A stretch of 64,000 nucleotides of DNA from an uncultured Candidatus Micrarchaeota archaeon (GCA_963714085.1 OY970229.1:704001-768000), one strand, 5' to 3'. Positions 1-9,971 are shown, counted from the first letter of the stretch. The notes: generated by a model from the letters alone, not told the origin. A program made the numbers and translations.

Positions 1-813
1 ATCCCTCAGCACATTGAGGTATTTTGTGAGCTCCGTGGGTTTCCTTCCGCTATAATCCGCTATCTCCTTGAGCGAGTCTTTGCCCGCAGCCACGGCGGTC
101 AGGATCGTGAAGTACATCTTGTGCTCGGTCCCGAACTCCTCCCTCAGCATGGCGCGTATCTCTTCGTTCAGAGGCCGCGGGTAGAGCATGAAGAGGCTTT
201 TGACCGCGTCCATGAACGAAGGGTTCCCCATGCGCTCGAGCGTCTCGTAGTATTTCGGTATGCCGCCGAAGACCAGGTAGAACCGCATGGCGTCTTCGAA
301 TGAATATCCGGATGCGCTGCAAAGCACGAAGACCGCGCGGAAATCCAGCTCTCTCAGCCTGATGATGAAATCGAACCTGCCGTAAAGCGGGCTTTTGTAG
401 TCCTCTATAAGGCTTTTCATCACCGAAAGATAAGATCCCGATACCACGATGCCGCAGTCCTTGTGCTTGTCGAGGAGCCTCTGGAGGTCGTATATGAAGG
501 AACGGTTCACTTTGGCCACGTTCTGCAGCTCGTCTATGAAGACAAGCCTGCCCTTCTCCTTCAGGAACAGGTATTCGAAGAATTCCCTGAAATTCGAGAG
601 CCTGGGAAGGCCGAGGTCAGGGTATTCGTCGACCCAATCGGAGATGATCTCGTTCTCGGTCTTCTCCGCGGGGATGAAAAGCGTCAGGATGTTCTTGTAA
701 CTGTGCTCCACAAGCGTGGTCTTCCCGACCCTCCGCCTGCCTACGACTGCGACTCTCGGCCGTTTCAGGCCCTTCAATAGCTCCAATTCCTTTTCCCTGT
801 CGACGAACAGCAT
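1..813 (-). CDS. Archaeal ATPase (ATPase_2/DUF234-type P-loop NTPase), partial, runs off the left edge
   Basis: Not in the ORF track. Manual translation from ATG at 813 gives MLFVDREKELELLKGLKRPRVAVVGRRRVGKTTLVE (FVDRE.EL start, Walker A GRRRVGKT), later VFIDELQN (Walker B) and VSGSYLS. Confidence 0.9.
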   Translation of the reverse strand, partial: MLFVDREKELELLKGLKRPRVAVVGRRRVGKTTLVEHSYKNILTLFIPAEKTENEIISDWVDEYPDLGLPRLSNFREFFEYLFLKEKGRLVFIDELQNVAKVNRSFIYDLQRLLDKHKDCGIVVSGSYLSVMKSLIEDYKSPLYGRFDFIIRLRELDFRAVFVLCSASGYSFEDAMRFYLVFGGIPKYYETLERMGNPSFMDAVKSLFMLYPRPLNEEIRAMLREEFGTEHKMYFTILTAVAAGKDSLKEIADYSGRKPTELTKYLNVLRD

Positions 814-814
814 A

Positions 815-847
815 TATACCTATCAGGTATTATACCTAGCAGGTATA
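815..847. promoter_or_regulatory. Two tandem palindromic operator-like sites between the TATA box and ATG of the ATPase gene
   Basis: TATACCT-atc-AGGTAT(T) at 815-831 and TATACCT-agc-AGGTATA at 831-847; minus-strand TTTATATA at ~844-851. Confidence 0.6.
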
Positions 848-861
848 TAAATATGCCGGTC

Positions 862-1992
862 TCATTTTGCTGTTCTCTCGAGCATTTTCCGGGCGCCTTC
901 GAAGACCTCGTCCACGCTTATGAGGCGCATGCATTCGCCGTCGCACTTGCGCATTTCGTTGAGATGTATGTTTATCACCGGGTGCCCTGGGCTTGGATGG
1001 TAGAAGGCGAGGTTCCGCCCGAGCGGGAACGGGCCGAAGCGCTGCGGGAGGTTGGGGCCGAACAGGCCGATCGTGGGCACGCCCTGGGCCGCGGCCACAT
1101 GCATGGGCCCGGTGTCGTTGGCGATCATGAGGTCGTATTTTGCCACCAGGCAGAAAAGCTCGGTCTGGCTGAGATTCAACATGCAGAACACGTCCCCCTT
1201 GTCCTTGAGCATGCCTATTATCCCCAGGTTGCCAGGCTCTTCGGACGAAGAGCCGGTGAGGATGAATGTGCAGCCGTATCTCTCTTTTATCCGGCCTATC
1301 AGCTGGGCGAACCTCTCCTTCGGCCATGCCCTCCAGGTCGCGCTCGGGCCTGTGAAGGCGTGCATGCCTATCAGGGGATGCTTGTCCGGATTTATGCCCA
1401 TGGCCTTGAGCTTCGCGTCCAGCGACCTTGCCGCGTCTTGGCTATACCTCAGCCTGACCAGCTCTTTGGGCCTTGCGTTTATCCCGAGCGGCTTGAGCAG
1501 GTCGCATATGGTGCATACTGCGTGCTGGGCGTCGTTGTAAGCAACGTTCACGTCGTATAGTTTCGCCCTCGGGCCGTGGTCGTAGCCTATGGAGCGCTTC
1601 GCGCAGAAGAATGAGAGGATCGCCGAGATCGCGAAATGCGGCTCGGTGTCTATGGCCAGGTCGAATCTCCTGAAATTCTTTAGGATGAAGAACGGGATGG
1701 ACGACGAGCTGGTTTCCTTGTATGCGTCTATGAAATCCTGGCCCCTGAAGACGTCGGAGTTCTTCTTCGTGCAGAGCACGGTTATCCTGGAATCCGGATT
1801 CGCCTGCTTCAACGCTTTGATCATGGGCAGGCAGAGGATGGACTCGCCCAGCGCCCAGAGCCGGATGACGACCATCTCTTTGTTTTTTTCCAGAAGCGGC
1901 TTTTTCCTCTTGAATATGGAGAGCAGGCTGCACATGGATGGCAGGACCTTCTTCTCGACGAACCTCTCTATCTCGAACAGCAACAGTTTCAC
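862..1992 (-). CDS. Glycosyltransferase family 9 (WaaC/WaaF-like heptosyltransferase)
   Basis: IRLWALGESIL N-terminal motif, ANDTGPMHVAAA.GVPTIGLFGP motif; last gene of the heptose operon. Confidence 0.88.
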   Translation of the reverse strand: MKLLLFEIERFVEKKVLPSMCSLLSIFKRKKPLLEKNKEMVVIRLWALGESILCLPMIKALKQANPDSRITVLCTKKNSDVFRGQDFIDAYKETSSSSIPFFILKNFRRFDLAIDTEPHFAISAILSFFCAKRSIGYDHGPRAKLYDVNVAYNDAQHAVCTICDLLKPLGINARPKELVRLRYSQDAARSLDAKLKAMGINPDKHPLIGMHAFTGPSATWRAWPKERFAQLIGRIKERYGCTFILTGSSSEEPGNLGIIGMLKDKGDVFCMLNLSQTELFCLVAKYDLMIANDTGPMHVAAAQGVPTIGLFGPNLPQRFGPFPLGRNLAFYHPSPGHPVINIHLNEMRKCDGECMRLISVDEVFEGARKMLERTAK

Positions 1993-2519
1993 CCTTTTGA
2001 GAGTATGATGTCCGCCGCGCTCCTTATATCAGGAGCAGTGGCGTCCGCGGCGTTCTTCCCTTCTCCGATATAGACCGTCCGGCAGCCGGCGGACTTGCCT
2101 GCCTGCACGTCGGAATCCTTGTCCCCCACCATCCATGAGCCGGACAGCGTTATATCGTGCTCCTCCGCCGCCCTTATGAGCATGCCTGGCTTGGGCTTGC
2201 GGCAGTCGCAGTCCACCAGGTACTTTTCCACCTTCGCCTCGGTCGGATGATGCGGGCAGTAGTATACCGCGTCGACCTTCGCGCCCCTCTTTTTCAGCTC
2301 CGCGACCAGGTGGTCGTTGAAAGCGCGCACGTCCTTCTCCGTGAAATAGCCGCGCGCCACGCCGGACTGGTTGGAGACGATGATCACAAGGTAGCCCGCC
2401 TTGTTCAGCCTGGCCAAGGCCTCTGGCACGCCGTCGAGTATGCTCATGTCGCTGGTCTTGAACTGGTAGTGCTTGTCTTCTACGACGACCCCGTCCCGGT
2501 CGAGAAAAACTGCTTTCAT
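1989..2519 (-). CDS. gmhB: D-glycero-D-manno-heptose 1,7-bisphosphate phosphatase (HAD IIIA)
   Basis: FLDRDGV, SNQSGVARG, CPHHP...CDCRKPKPG, MVGDKDSD. Confidence 0.93.
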   Translation of the reverse strand: MKAVFLDRDGVVVEDKHYQFKTSDMSILDGVPEALARLNKAGYLVIIVSNQSGVARGYFTEKDVRAFNDHLVAELKKRGAKVDAVYYCPHHPTEAKVEKYLVDCDCRKPKPGMLIRAAEEHDITLSGSWMVGDKDSDVQAGKSAGCRTVYIGEGKNAADATAPDIRSAADIILSKG

Positions 2520-2529
2520 CCCTGATCAA

Positions 2530-3084
2530 CTACTTGGACAATTCGTCTTCAATCAGTTCGCACATCATGTGTATCGCCATGCCGTGCATCTCCTGTATCC
2601 TTGGGGTGTTGTCAGAGGGCACGACCAGCGCCTTGTCGCACAGCGGAAGCAGCTTCCCTCCCCCTTTCCCGAGCAGACCTGCGGTCCTCATCCCTTTCTC
2701 TTTCGCCTTCTTCGCAGCTTCCAGGAGATTGGGGGAGTTCCCGCTCGTGCTTATCAGGAAGAGCATGTCGCCTTTGTTACCCAGCGCCTCCACCTGGCGC
2801 GAGAAGACCTTGTCATAGCCGTAATCGTTTGATATCGCGGTGATGGCAGAGGTGTCGGTGCTCAGCGCGATAGACGGAAGACCTTTCCGCTCCTTCTTGT
2901 ACCTGCCGACGAGCTCGGCCGAGAAGTGCTGCGCGTCCGCCGCGCTCCCACCGTTCCCGCATACGAGTATCTTGTTGCCGCTCCTCAGGGTGGCTATCGC
3001 CGCCTCCGCTGCGTCCTTGACCTGCTTCAATGGCAGTTTCCTGCAGACGGAGATGTGCTCCTCCAGATCGGTTTCAAGCGCCAT
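2530..3084 (-). CDS. gmhA: Phosphoheptose (sedoheptulose-7-phosphate) isomerase
   Basis: [41 protein letters not shown]. Confidence 0.96.
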   Translation of the reverse strand: MALETDLEEHISVCRKLPLKQVKDAAEAAIATLRSGNKILVCGNGGSAADAQHFSAELVGRYKKERKGLPSIALSTDTSAITAISNDYGYDKVFSRQVEALGNKGDMLFLISTSGNSPNLLEAAKKAKEKGMRTAGLLGKGGGKLLPLCDKALVVPSDNTPRIQEMHGMAIHMMCELIEDELSK

Positions 3085-3088
3085 AGGA

Positions 3089-4519
3089 TCACCCGATGAG
3101 GTCCCTCGATGAGACCTTCTTCCCGCCCTCGTTGACCAGGTCGATGAGCTCCACCCTGCCCCCGTAGTTCTCCACGATCCTAGCCTCTGGGAGGTTCCCG
3201 ACGGTGTAATCCTTGCCCTTGACGTAGATGTCGGGCTTTAGCATCTCGACGAGGTATTCAGGCGTGTCGGTATCGAACACAACGACGTAGTCCACGAAGG
3301 GGAATGCTGCCAGCATCTCGGCCCTCCCGTGCTGGGGTATCTTGGGCCTGCCAGGCCCCTTGAGCTTCTTCACCGAAGCGTCGCTGTTGAGCGCGACTAT
3401 CAATATGTCGCCGAGCTCCCTGGCTTTCCTGAGGAAATACAGGTGGCCGTGGTGCAGGACGTCGAAGCACCCGTTCGTGAAAACTACCTTCTTCCCGGTC
3501 GCCCTCTGCCTGCCTATGGCTTTCGCGAGGCTATCCTCGTCGAGGATCTTCCTCTCCTCCATTGAGAGCTTCTTCCTTATCTCGTCGAGCGATACCGGGA
3601 CCGCGCCCCGTTTCGTGACTTTCACGGCCGCTGCAATGTTGGAGATGCGGAGGGCGCCCTGGACCGGCACCTTGCATGCCAATGCCACGGCGAACGCCGC
3701 CGTCACTGTGTCCCCAGCGCCGATTATGTCGATGACCTCCTTGCTCTCGACCAGCGAGTGGGACGTTACGTCCCCGATGTAGCTCATGCCCTTCTCCGAC
3801 CTGGTGACGAGAACGTCGGCCTTCAGGTCCTCCCTGACCTTTTTTCCTGCGCGCTCTATGTCGGCGTCGCTGTTCTCTACTTTCTCTCCGTACGCCTTCG
3901 AGAGCTCCCTGAACTCCTTGAAGTTCATCTTTATGATGTCCACCTTGCCCCTGAAGAGCTTCGCGTTGCCCGGCTTCACGTCCGCCATCCTCTTCTTCGC
4001 CTTTATCCTGAGGAAATCGGGCACCGTGTCCGGATTGAAGATGCCTTTGTTGTAATCGGAAAAGACCACCAGGTCGAAATCATCTTTCAGCCTCTTGACC
4101 AGGAAGCCGGATGTCGTTTTCGTGATGGGTGTACGGTCCTCGATGTCCTCCCTGCCCAGCAGGGCATTCGTCTCGGCATCGAAGAACCTTCTTTTGAGCG
4201 TAGTCGGGCGGCCGTCCCTCTCCACGACGGTCGGTATCTTGTTTTCCACTGCCAGGCGGTCAAGCTCTCCGTCGAATGCAATCCCTGCCAGCACTACTTC
4301 CGCTCCCAGCGCTTTTATGTTGTGGGCGAGATTTCCTGCGCCGCCCAGCTTTTTCTCGATGCGCTGCAGGTCCCATACGAGGAACGGACCCTCGGGTGTC
4401 TTGCGCTCGAGGCGGCAGTAATGGTACTCGTCTATCATCACGTCCCCGAGAACCAGGATCTTCAGCTTCCCGCCGTTCTGCTCTATGGCATCTATCTCGC
4501 AGTCCACTCTGAACACCAC
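3089..4519 (-). CDS. hldE: Bifunctional heptose-7-phosphate kinase / heptose-1-phosphate nucleotidyltransferase
   Basis: PfkB kinase domain ([27 protein letters not shown]) fused to a cytidylyltransferase-like domain ([25 protein letters not shown]); start codon uncertain. Confidence 0.92.
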   Translation of the reverse strand: MVFRVDCEIDAIEQNGGKLKILVLGDVMIDEYHYCRLERKTPEGPFLVWDLQRIEKKLGGAGNLAHNIKALGAEVVLAGIAFDGELDRLAVENKIPTVVERDGRPTTLKRRFFDAETNALLGREDIEDRTPITKTTSGFLVKRLKDDFDLVVFSDYNKGIFNPDTVPDFLRIKAKKRMADVKPGNAKLFRGKVDIIKMNFKEFRELSKAYGEKVENSDADIERAGKKVREDLKADVLVTRSEKGMSYIGDVTSHSLVESKEVIDIIGAGDTVTAAFAVALACKVPVQGALRISNIAAAVKVTKRGAVPVSLDEIRKKLSMEERKILDEDSLAKAIGRQRATGKKVVFTNGCFDVLHHGHLYFLRKARELGDILIVALNSDASVKKLKGPGRPKIPQHGRAEMLAAFPFVDYVVVFDTDTPEYLVEMLKPDIYVKGKDYTVGNLPEARIVENYGGRVELIDLVNEGGKKVSSRDLIG

Positions 4520-4562
4520 ATGGTTATTTCGCCGGAGGTTTATATAAACTTGAGTTTGGCGC

Positions 4563-5666
4563 CTATCTGGCCAGGCCGAGGGCGGTTTCCACGCTCTCGC
4601 GCGTGATTATCCTGTTTATGAGCACGGAATCGTTCTTCGGGTTCGAGAAGTATTCATCGTCCGAAGGATGGAGCAGGACCGCAGTTCGCCCCTCGCCTTG
4701 TATGCGGGATATGTTCTTCGATATCTCGGTCCTCTTGCCGGTTATCTGGGGTGGCCAGAGGGCATGGACGCCCATCTGCCTCGCGGAGCCTCCGTAGACG
4801 ACTATGGAACGGGCGCAGAACATGGATGCGAGGTGGGATATCCCGTGGTCCACACCGAGATAGAGCGAAGCCGAGCATGCGAGCCTGCCCGCCTCCTCCA
4901 GCGATGGGGAGAGGAGGCTGCACCGCATCCCGTGGCTCGTACACGAAGCTGAGAAATGCTCCGCATGCTCCTTCTCCCACTGGCTCTTCGCATCCAGCAG
5001 CGTGATTACCCGGTAATCCGGGAACTGCTTGCTCAAGCATTCCGCTATGATGTCCAGCTTCGCATTCTCGATCTTCTTGTAATCCAAATCCCTGAACAGG
5101 TGCACGAGGATGGTCTTGCCGCTCTTCCCCTTGCCGGCCTTGAGGGAGGAGCGCATCCTTTCACGGACTTCCCTGGCCTGGTCCGGATATGAGCCTTTTT
5201 CCTTGATCGCATCGCAGAACAGCCCGAAGACCGAGGCGCCCACAGCCTCGCCCTGGTTGGGGACCATGTGCCTGGAGCGTATCCCGGAGAGACGCAGGAG
5301 CGGCCTGGCCCCCCAATTGTACAAGAGGATCTCGTTTTTCCTCCTGGCGTGGAAGGGTTGTGGCAGGACCATTCCGAGCCTGTCCTTGCCCATTTTCATG
5401 ATGGTCCCCAATGAGCGCCTGTCCCCAACGACCGCGATATCGTACCTGGTCTTTTCTGCGAGCACCTGCTTCGGTGGGATGAGCCTCAGGTCGCCCTTCT
5501 TCATCTCCCGGGCGAATATCAGCTGCGCCACCTTCTGCGGGCTTCCGCTCGTGAAGACTATGTCGACCTTATAGCCCTGCTTCATGGCGAGGAGGAACAG
5601 CGGGGCGAAGCACATCACGTCCCCGAGCCCCAGGTTGTGGACCATGAAGGCCATTGCCTTTTGCAT
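4563..5666 (-). CDS. Divergent GT9-like glycosyltransferase
   Basis: HNLGLGDVM (GLGD) and GVDHGISHLA (D.G..H) GT9 motifs; start taken at MQKAMAF just after the hldD stop. Confidence 0.6.
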   Translation of the reverse strand: MQKAMAFMVHNLGLGDVMCFAPLFLLAMKQGYKVDIVFTSGSPQKVAQLIFAREMKKGDLRLIPPKQVLAEKTRYDIAVVGDRRSLGTIMKMGKDRLGMVLPQPFHARRKNEILLYNWGARPLLRLSGIRSRHMVPNQGEAVGASVFGLFCDAIKEKGSYPDQAREVRERMRSSLKAGKGKSGKTILVHLFRDLDYKKIENAKLDIIAECLSKQFPDYRVITLLDAKSQWEKEHAEHFSASCTSHGMRCSLLSPSLEEAGRLACSASLYLGVDHGISHLASMFCARSIVVYGGSARQMGVHALWPPQITGKRTEISKNISRIQGEGRTAVLLHPSDDEYFSNPKNDSVLINRIITRESVETALGLAR

Positions 5667-5668
5667 TG

Positions 5669-6589
5669 TCATTCCCCGTTCGCCTTCAGGAAAGCGACGT
5701 AATCCTTTACCGCTTTTTCCAGATCCCACTCGGGCTTGTAGCCCAGACCCTGGCCGCTGCGCTCCAGGGACGCTTCCGTATGGTCCTGGTATTTGTCTGT
5801 GAAGGGATTGTCGAAGTACTCGATCTCGCGCTTGACCCCCAGCGCGCCTGTGAGCGCGTTGCAGACGTCGTTGAACGAGCGCGCCTTGCCTGAGCCGACG
5901 TTGTAGATCCCGCTCTTGCCATTCTCCAGCGCGAGCAGGTTCGCCTTCACCACGTCCTTGACGTATACGAAATCCCGCTTCTGCTCTCCGAACTTGAAGA
6001 TGCGGGGGTTCTTGCCGGCTTTCACCTGCAACGCCAGCTGGTATATCATGGATGCCATCCTGCCCTTGTTCTGCTCCCTTGGCCCGAAGACATTGAAGTA
6101 TCTAAGGCCTATGACGCGGGCTTTCGGGTGCTTTTTGATGAAGCGCATGGCCACGCAGTCGCACATCCACTTGGAGAAGCCGTAGACATTGAGCGGGACG
6201 CCGGCGTCGCCTTCTTGCTGGGGCGACTTGGCCGCTCCGTAGACCGCCGCGGAAGAGGCGTAGACGAGCGGCGTGCCCTTCTCGCCGCTGTACCTGAGCA
6301 GCGGCTCCATGGGATCGAGGTTGGACTGCAGCATGAGCTTCTCGTCATACACCGTGGTGTCGGTTATGGCCGCCTCGTGGAATATCGCGTCCGGCGCGAT
6401 CTCGAGCAGCCTCTGGTGGGAAAGCCTGGAGAGGTCGTCCGCGATGACGGTCCCGGTGAAGCCCCTGAGGTTCGCGAACGTGCCCACCGACATGTTATCG
6501 AAGATTGTGACGTCGTGCCCCAGCCGTTCCAGCTCGAGCGCGAGGTTGGAACCGATGAAACCCGCGCCGCCTGTGACAAGCAGTTTCAT
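5669..6589 (-). CDS. hldD: ADP-L-glycero-D-manno-heptose 6-epimerase
   Basis: VTGGAGFIGSNL, YASSAAVYG, PLNVYGFSK, LRYFNVFGPREQNKGRMAS, YQDHTEA; start at MKLLVTGG. Confidence 0.9.
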   Translation of the reverse strand: MKLLVTGGAGFIGSNLALELERLGHDVTIFDNMSVGTFANLRGFTGTVIADDLSRLSHQRLLEIAPDAIFHEAAITDTTVYDEKLMLQSNLDPMEPLLRYSGEKGTPLVYASSAAVYGAAKSPQQEGDAGVPLNVYGFSKWMCDCVAMRFIKKHPKARVIGLRYFNVFGPREQNKGRMASMIYQLALQVKAGKNPRIFKFGEQKRDFVYVKDVVKANLLALENGKSGIYNVGSGKARSFNDVCNALTGALGVKREIEYFDNPFTDKYQDHTEASLERSGQGLGYKPEWDLEKAVKDYVAFLKANGE

Positions 6590-6629
6590 GGGAATAACCT
6601 TCGTAAAACCAATTTTAAAGGTGATGGGG

Positions 6630-7670
6630 CTATCGGCTCCGCAGGGCGTCCTCATAAGCCGATATCGTGCTATCGATGCATGCGTCCCAGGTGAACTGCT
6701 TGAGATATTCGAGATGCGCTTTGGAGAAGACGAAGCCTTCGGATCGCACCTTCTCTAGCAGCGCTGCGAGATGCTCCTCGTCCTTCGCTTTCAGGCAGTA
6801 TGTGGTCACCTCTCCTGGCACGTGCGCCCCTTCCTTGACTATCGTGGGCACATGGCACATCTGGGCCTCGATCATCGGGAGGCCGAAACCCTCGCTGGTG
6901 GATGGGAACACGAAGACGTCGAAGCTGTTGTAGATGTCCACGATGTCCTTCTCATCAGCGAAACCGCGGAATTCCACGTTTTTCACTCCCAGTTGTTTTG
7001 CCAGCTCGATGCACTTCCCGTAATCCACGCCCTTGCCGTAGAGGACCAGGCGGCATGGTGCCGCGCACCGCTTTTCGAATATCGAGTAGGCGCGTATGAG
7101 AAACGACACGTTCTTGCCGACATTGAATCCTCCAAGATACCCAATCGTGAATATACCGCTTTTTTTCTCCTTCGACGCCTTGAATTTCTCATCAGCCGCC
7201 AGTGGTATGACGCGTATCTTCTTCTCGTCCACATTGAAATGTTCGAGGATATCGGTTTTCGTCTGGGAGGAGATGGCGAGCAGCATATCAGAGTGCTTGA
7301 TTGCGGCTGCGAACGCTTTTCCGAGCAGCATGTACCTGCTTTCGTTCCGGACATTGTAGAGGTTGAGGTCGTAGATGGTCGTTACCACTTTTTTCCCGTA
7401 TAGTTTTTTCAGGACGGGTATCGCCATGCCAGCCTGCGGAGCTGCGAAATGGAATAGGTCTCCTGTCCCGAACGGATACAACGACCTGAGCGGGAGATAC
7501 AGCAGAAAATCGAACGCTGATTTGAAAGGGCCTGGAAGGGCTGGCGGGGAGCTGACCGAATTGACGGTTATCCCTTTTTTCCGCAGGCCCTGGATCAGCT
7601 TCAGGCAATACCGGTCTATCCCGTGGCCTGTGGACTCGTCCAGGTAATGGGCCACCAGGGTGACTTTCAC
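6630..7670 (-). CDS. Glycosyltransferase family 4
   Basis: GHGIDRY, TIYDL, FVFPSTSEGFGLPMIEA. Confidence 0.9.
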   Translation of the reverse strand: MKVTLVAHYLDESTGHGIDRYCLKLIQGLRKKGITVNSVSSPPALPGPFKSAFDFLLYLPLRSLYPFGTGDLFHFAAPQAGMAIPVLKKLYGKKVVTTIYDLNLYNVRNESRYMLLGKAFAAAIKHSDMLLAISSQTKTDILEHFNVDEKKIRVIPLAADEKFKASKEKKSGIFTIGYLGGFNVGKNVSFLIRAYSIFEKRCAAPCRLVLYGKGVDYGKCIELAKQLGVKNVEFRGFADEKDIVDIYNSFDVFVFPSTSEGFGLPMIEAQMCHVPTIVKEGAHVPGEVTTYCLKAKDEEHLAALLEKVRSEGFVFSKAHLEYLKQFTWDACIDSTISAYEDALRSR

Positions 7671-7738
7671 TGCCCCACCGGCCGGATGAACCGTCTCTCC
7701 CTGGAGGACGGCGTCGTTATCAGAAAGTAGATGCCCAT
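7667..7738 (-). CDS. Possible 23-aa small ORF (MGIYFLITTPSSRERRFIRPVGQ) coupled to the GT4 gene
   Basis: ATG at 7738 preceded by AAAGTGATCCG (SD-like GTGA); its TGA overlaps the GT4 GTG start (GTGA overlap). Confidence 0.35.
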   Translation of the reverse strand: MGIYFLITTPSSRERRFIRPVGQ

Positions 7739-7829
7739 CGGATCACTTTGAAAGGGGGTTTGCTGCGCGCATATTTTAAACTCTTACGGGCATAGTGATG
7801 CCATCTTTTTCAGGCGGAGAGAGGATTGT

Positions 7830-8984
7830 ATGGAACAGAAAGAAGCGGAGTTGCTGCCTTTCGAGCAGGTCTTCGAGCCGGGCAGATTCAAGGAGCTGAA
7901 GCGCTCGGGGCATGTTATAGACATCGATAAGATAGACGAGCACGTGAAGGCACATGGCGGCAGGAAAACGGCCATGCCTGATCAGATATACTGGAAGGGG
8001 AAGAGGGTGCTCATAACCGGCGCAGCTGGGATGGTGGGAAGCACCATAATGGACTCGCTAGTCGAACTCGGAGCGGACGTCTATGGGACCGTGAAGAGGC
8101 ACGCAGCCCCGGATTACCCGAACATAAAGCACCAGATAGAAGATGGGAAGGTCAAGGCCGTGGAGGTCGACCTGCGCGATTACGGAAGGGTTACCGAGCT
8201 CATAAAGCAGATAGAACCGCAGGTTATCTTCCACCAGGCATCGGAATCGTTCGTGCCCACCAGCCTGAAACAGCCGAGCCACGTGGTGGAGAACAACTGC
8301 GTGAGCACCGTCAACCTGCTCGAGGCTGCTACGAAAGACGGCAAGGGGCTCGAGGGGATACAGCTGGCGTGCTCTTCAGAGGAGTACGGCTTCGTGAAGA
8401 GCTTCGATGAGCTGCCTGTGAAGGAAACCAACCCGCTCAGGCCGACATCCACATACGCCGCGACCAAGGTGTTCACTGAGTATATAGGCCTGGCCTACTA
8501 TTTCATGTACAAGACCCCGGTCCTGATATCGAGGACGTTCAACCAGGAAGGCCCCAGGCGCGGGCCGCAGTTCTTCACAGCACGCATAGCGACACAGATG
8601 GCCGACTGCCTAAGCGGCAAGTCGGACAGGATAGTCATGGGAAACCCGAATTCCGTCCGTGATTTCACGCATGTGCACGACACCGCCAGGGCGCAGATAC
8701 TCGCGGTGGAGAAATGCAACCGCGGGGAGGCCTACAACATCTGCTCCGGCAAGGGGATAACCACCGGAGACTATGTGAAGCTGGCGCTGAGGCTGTATTC
8801 GCTCGAAGGCAAGGTCAAGGTGTTCGTGGACAAGGCCTTCCTGCGCTCCTACGAGAGGGGGGAGTCCCTCATGGACGGCTTCATAGGCAACAACTCCAAG
8901 TTCATGGAGAAGACCGGCTGGGCGCCGACGACCACCGTGGTGGACATAATAAAGGACGGCGTCAGCTACCAGAGGAAGGGATGA
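7830..8984 (+). CDS. GDP-mannose 4,6-dehydratase-like SDR with N-terminal extension
   Basis: LITGAAGMVGS, FHQASESFV, SSEEYG, YAATK, FNQEGPRRG, GNPNSVRDF. Confidence 0.8.
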   Translation: MEQKEAELLPFEQVFEPGRFKELKRSGHVIDIDKIDEHVKAHGGRKTAMPDQIYWKGKRVLITGAAGMVGSTIMDSLVELGADVYGTVKRHAAPDYPNIKHQIEDGKVKAVEVDLRDYGRVTELIKQIEPQVIFHQASESFVPTSLKQPSHVVENNCVSTVNLLEAATKDGKGLEGIQLACSSEEYGFVKSFDELPVKETNPLRPTSTYAATKVFTEYIGLAYYFMYKTPVLISRTFNQEGPRRGPQFFTARIATQMADCLSGKSDRIVMGNPNSVRDFTHVHDTARAQILAVEKCNRGEAYNICSGKGITTGDYVKLALRLYSLEGKVKVFVDKAFLRSYERGESLMDGFIGNNSKFMEKTGWAPTTTVVDIIKDGVSYQRKG

Positions 8985-9026
8985 ACGGTCCGATGTTTGT
9001 CTAGCATCAACGAGAATGTCGCGAGT

Positions 9027-9971
9027 TCACTTCCTGAATACGACTTCGACATATTCTCCAAGTCCGACCAGATTTATTATCTCCACCGGAATAAATAATG
9101 GGATTGTAAGCAATTTGCGGATAATTGGCGGATATTCGATGGGTTTCCCTAGCTTCTCCTCGATGAAGTACCGTACGCTGTTCTTGTACGACTCTGGAAT
9201 ATCGTTGAAATTCACCTTCTCGACTTTCAAGCCGTTTTTTCTCCCGTATTCGATGAGGTTCGGGATGGAGAAAAGGTAGATGTGGCGGGGTGTATCCAGG
9301 TCCTGCCAGTACCTCCCGAAGAGACGGAAACCCAGGGAACCCGTATTAGGCACCGCGATTATCACGAACCCTCCGGGCTTGACGATTCTTTTCACATCAG
9401 CGAGCATGGCTGCTGGGTCTGGCGCATGCTCGAGCACATGGTTCAAGGTGACGACGTCGAAAAACTCATCTCCGAATCCGGCATCCTCTAAGAGTCCTTT
9501 GCGTATGGTGAACCCCTCCTTCTGGCTCAGGGTGGGATTGAAATCGGAAGGTTCCACTCCGTACACTTCGAATCCGAGCTTCTTGGCGATTGAGAGGAAT
9601 GCGCCGTTGCCGCAGCCGACATCAAGAAGGCGCATCTTGCCTTTGCGTGGAGGCAGGGTCCGGTTGAACCAGATACGAAAGAATGGCAGCGACAATGCAG
9701 CGAAAATCTTGTCCTTGAGCCCTTGCCCCTGGCGTATCCTGGCTAGTTCAAGAGCACGCTTCTCGTACATGCCACTGGACAGCGAGTAGTATGTGTTAGG
9801 ATAAAAGCCTTCGATTTCCTGCTGGGTCGGGATGGGATCCTGGCGTATGATGCCGCACGATGCGCACCGGACAAGCTGGTACTCCTTCCCCTTTCTGAAC
9901 ATTCTGTCATGGTTGACGAAGAGGGGACTGGAATTTTTACTCCCGCAGAGATTGCATGCATCGGTTAACAT
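9027..9971 (-). CDS. Class I SAM-dependent methyltransferase with N-terminal CxxC pairs
   Basis: CNLC...CASC; LLDVGCGNG; HVLEHAPDP; PRHIYLFS. Confidence 0.85.
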   Translation of the reverse strand: MLTDACNLCGSKNSSPLFVNHDRMFRKGKEYQLVRCASCGIIRQDPIPTQQEIEGFYPNTYYSLSSGMYEKRALELARIRQGQGLKDKIFAALSLPFFRIWFNRTLPPRKGKMRLLDVGCGNGAFLSIAKKLGFEVYGVEPSDFNPTLSQKEGFTIRKGLLEDAGFGDEFFDVVTLNHVLEHAPDPAAMLADVKRIVKPGGFVIIAVPNTGSLGFRLFGRYWQDLDTPRHIYLFSIPNLIEYGRKNGLKVEKVNFNDIPESYKNSVRYFIEEKLGKPIEYPPIIRKLLTIPLFIPVEIINLVGLGEYVEVVFRK

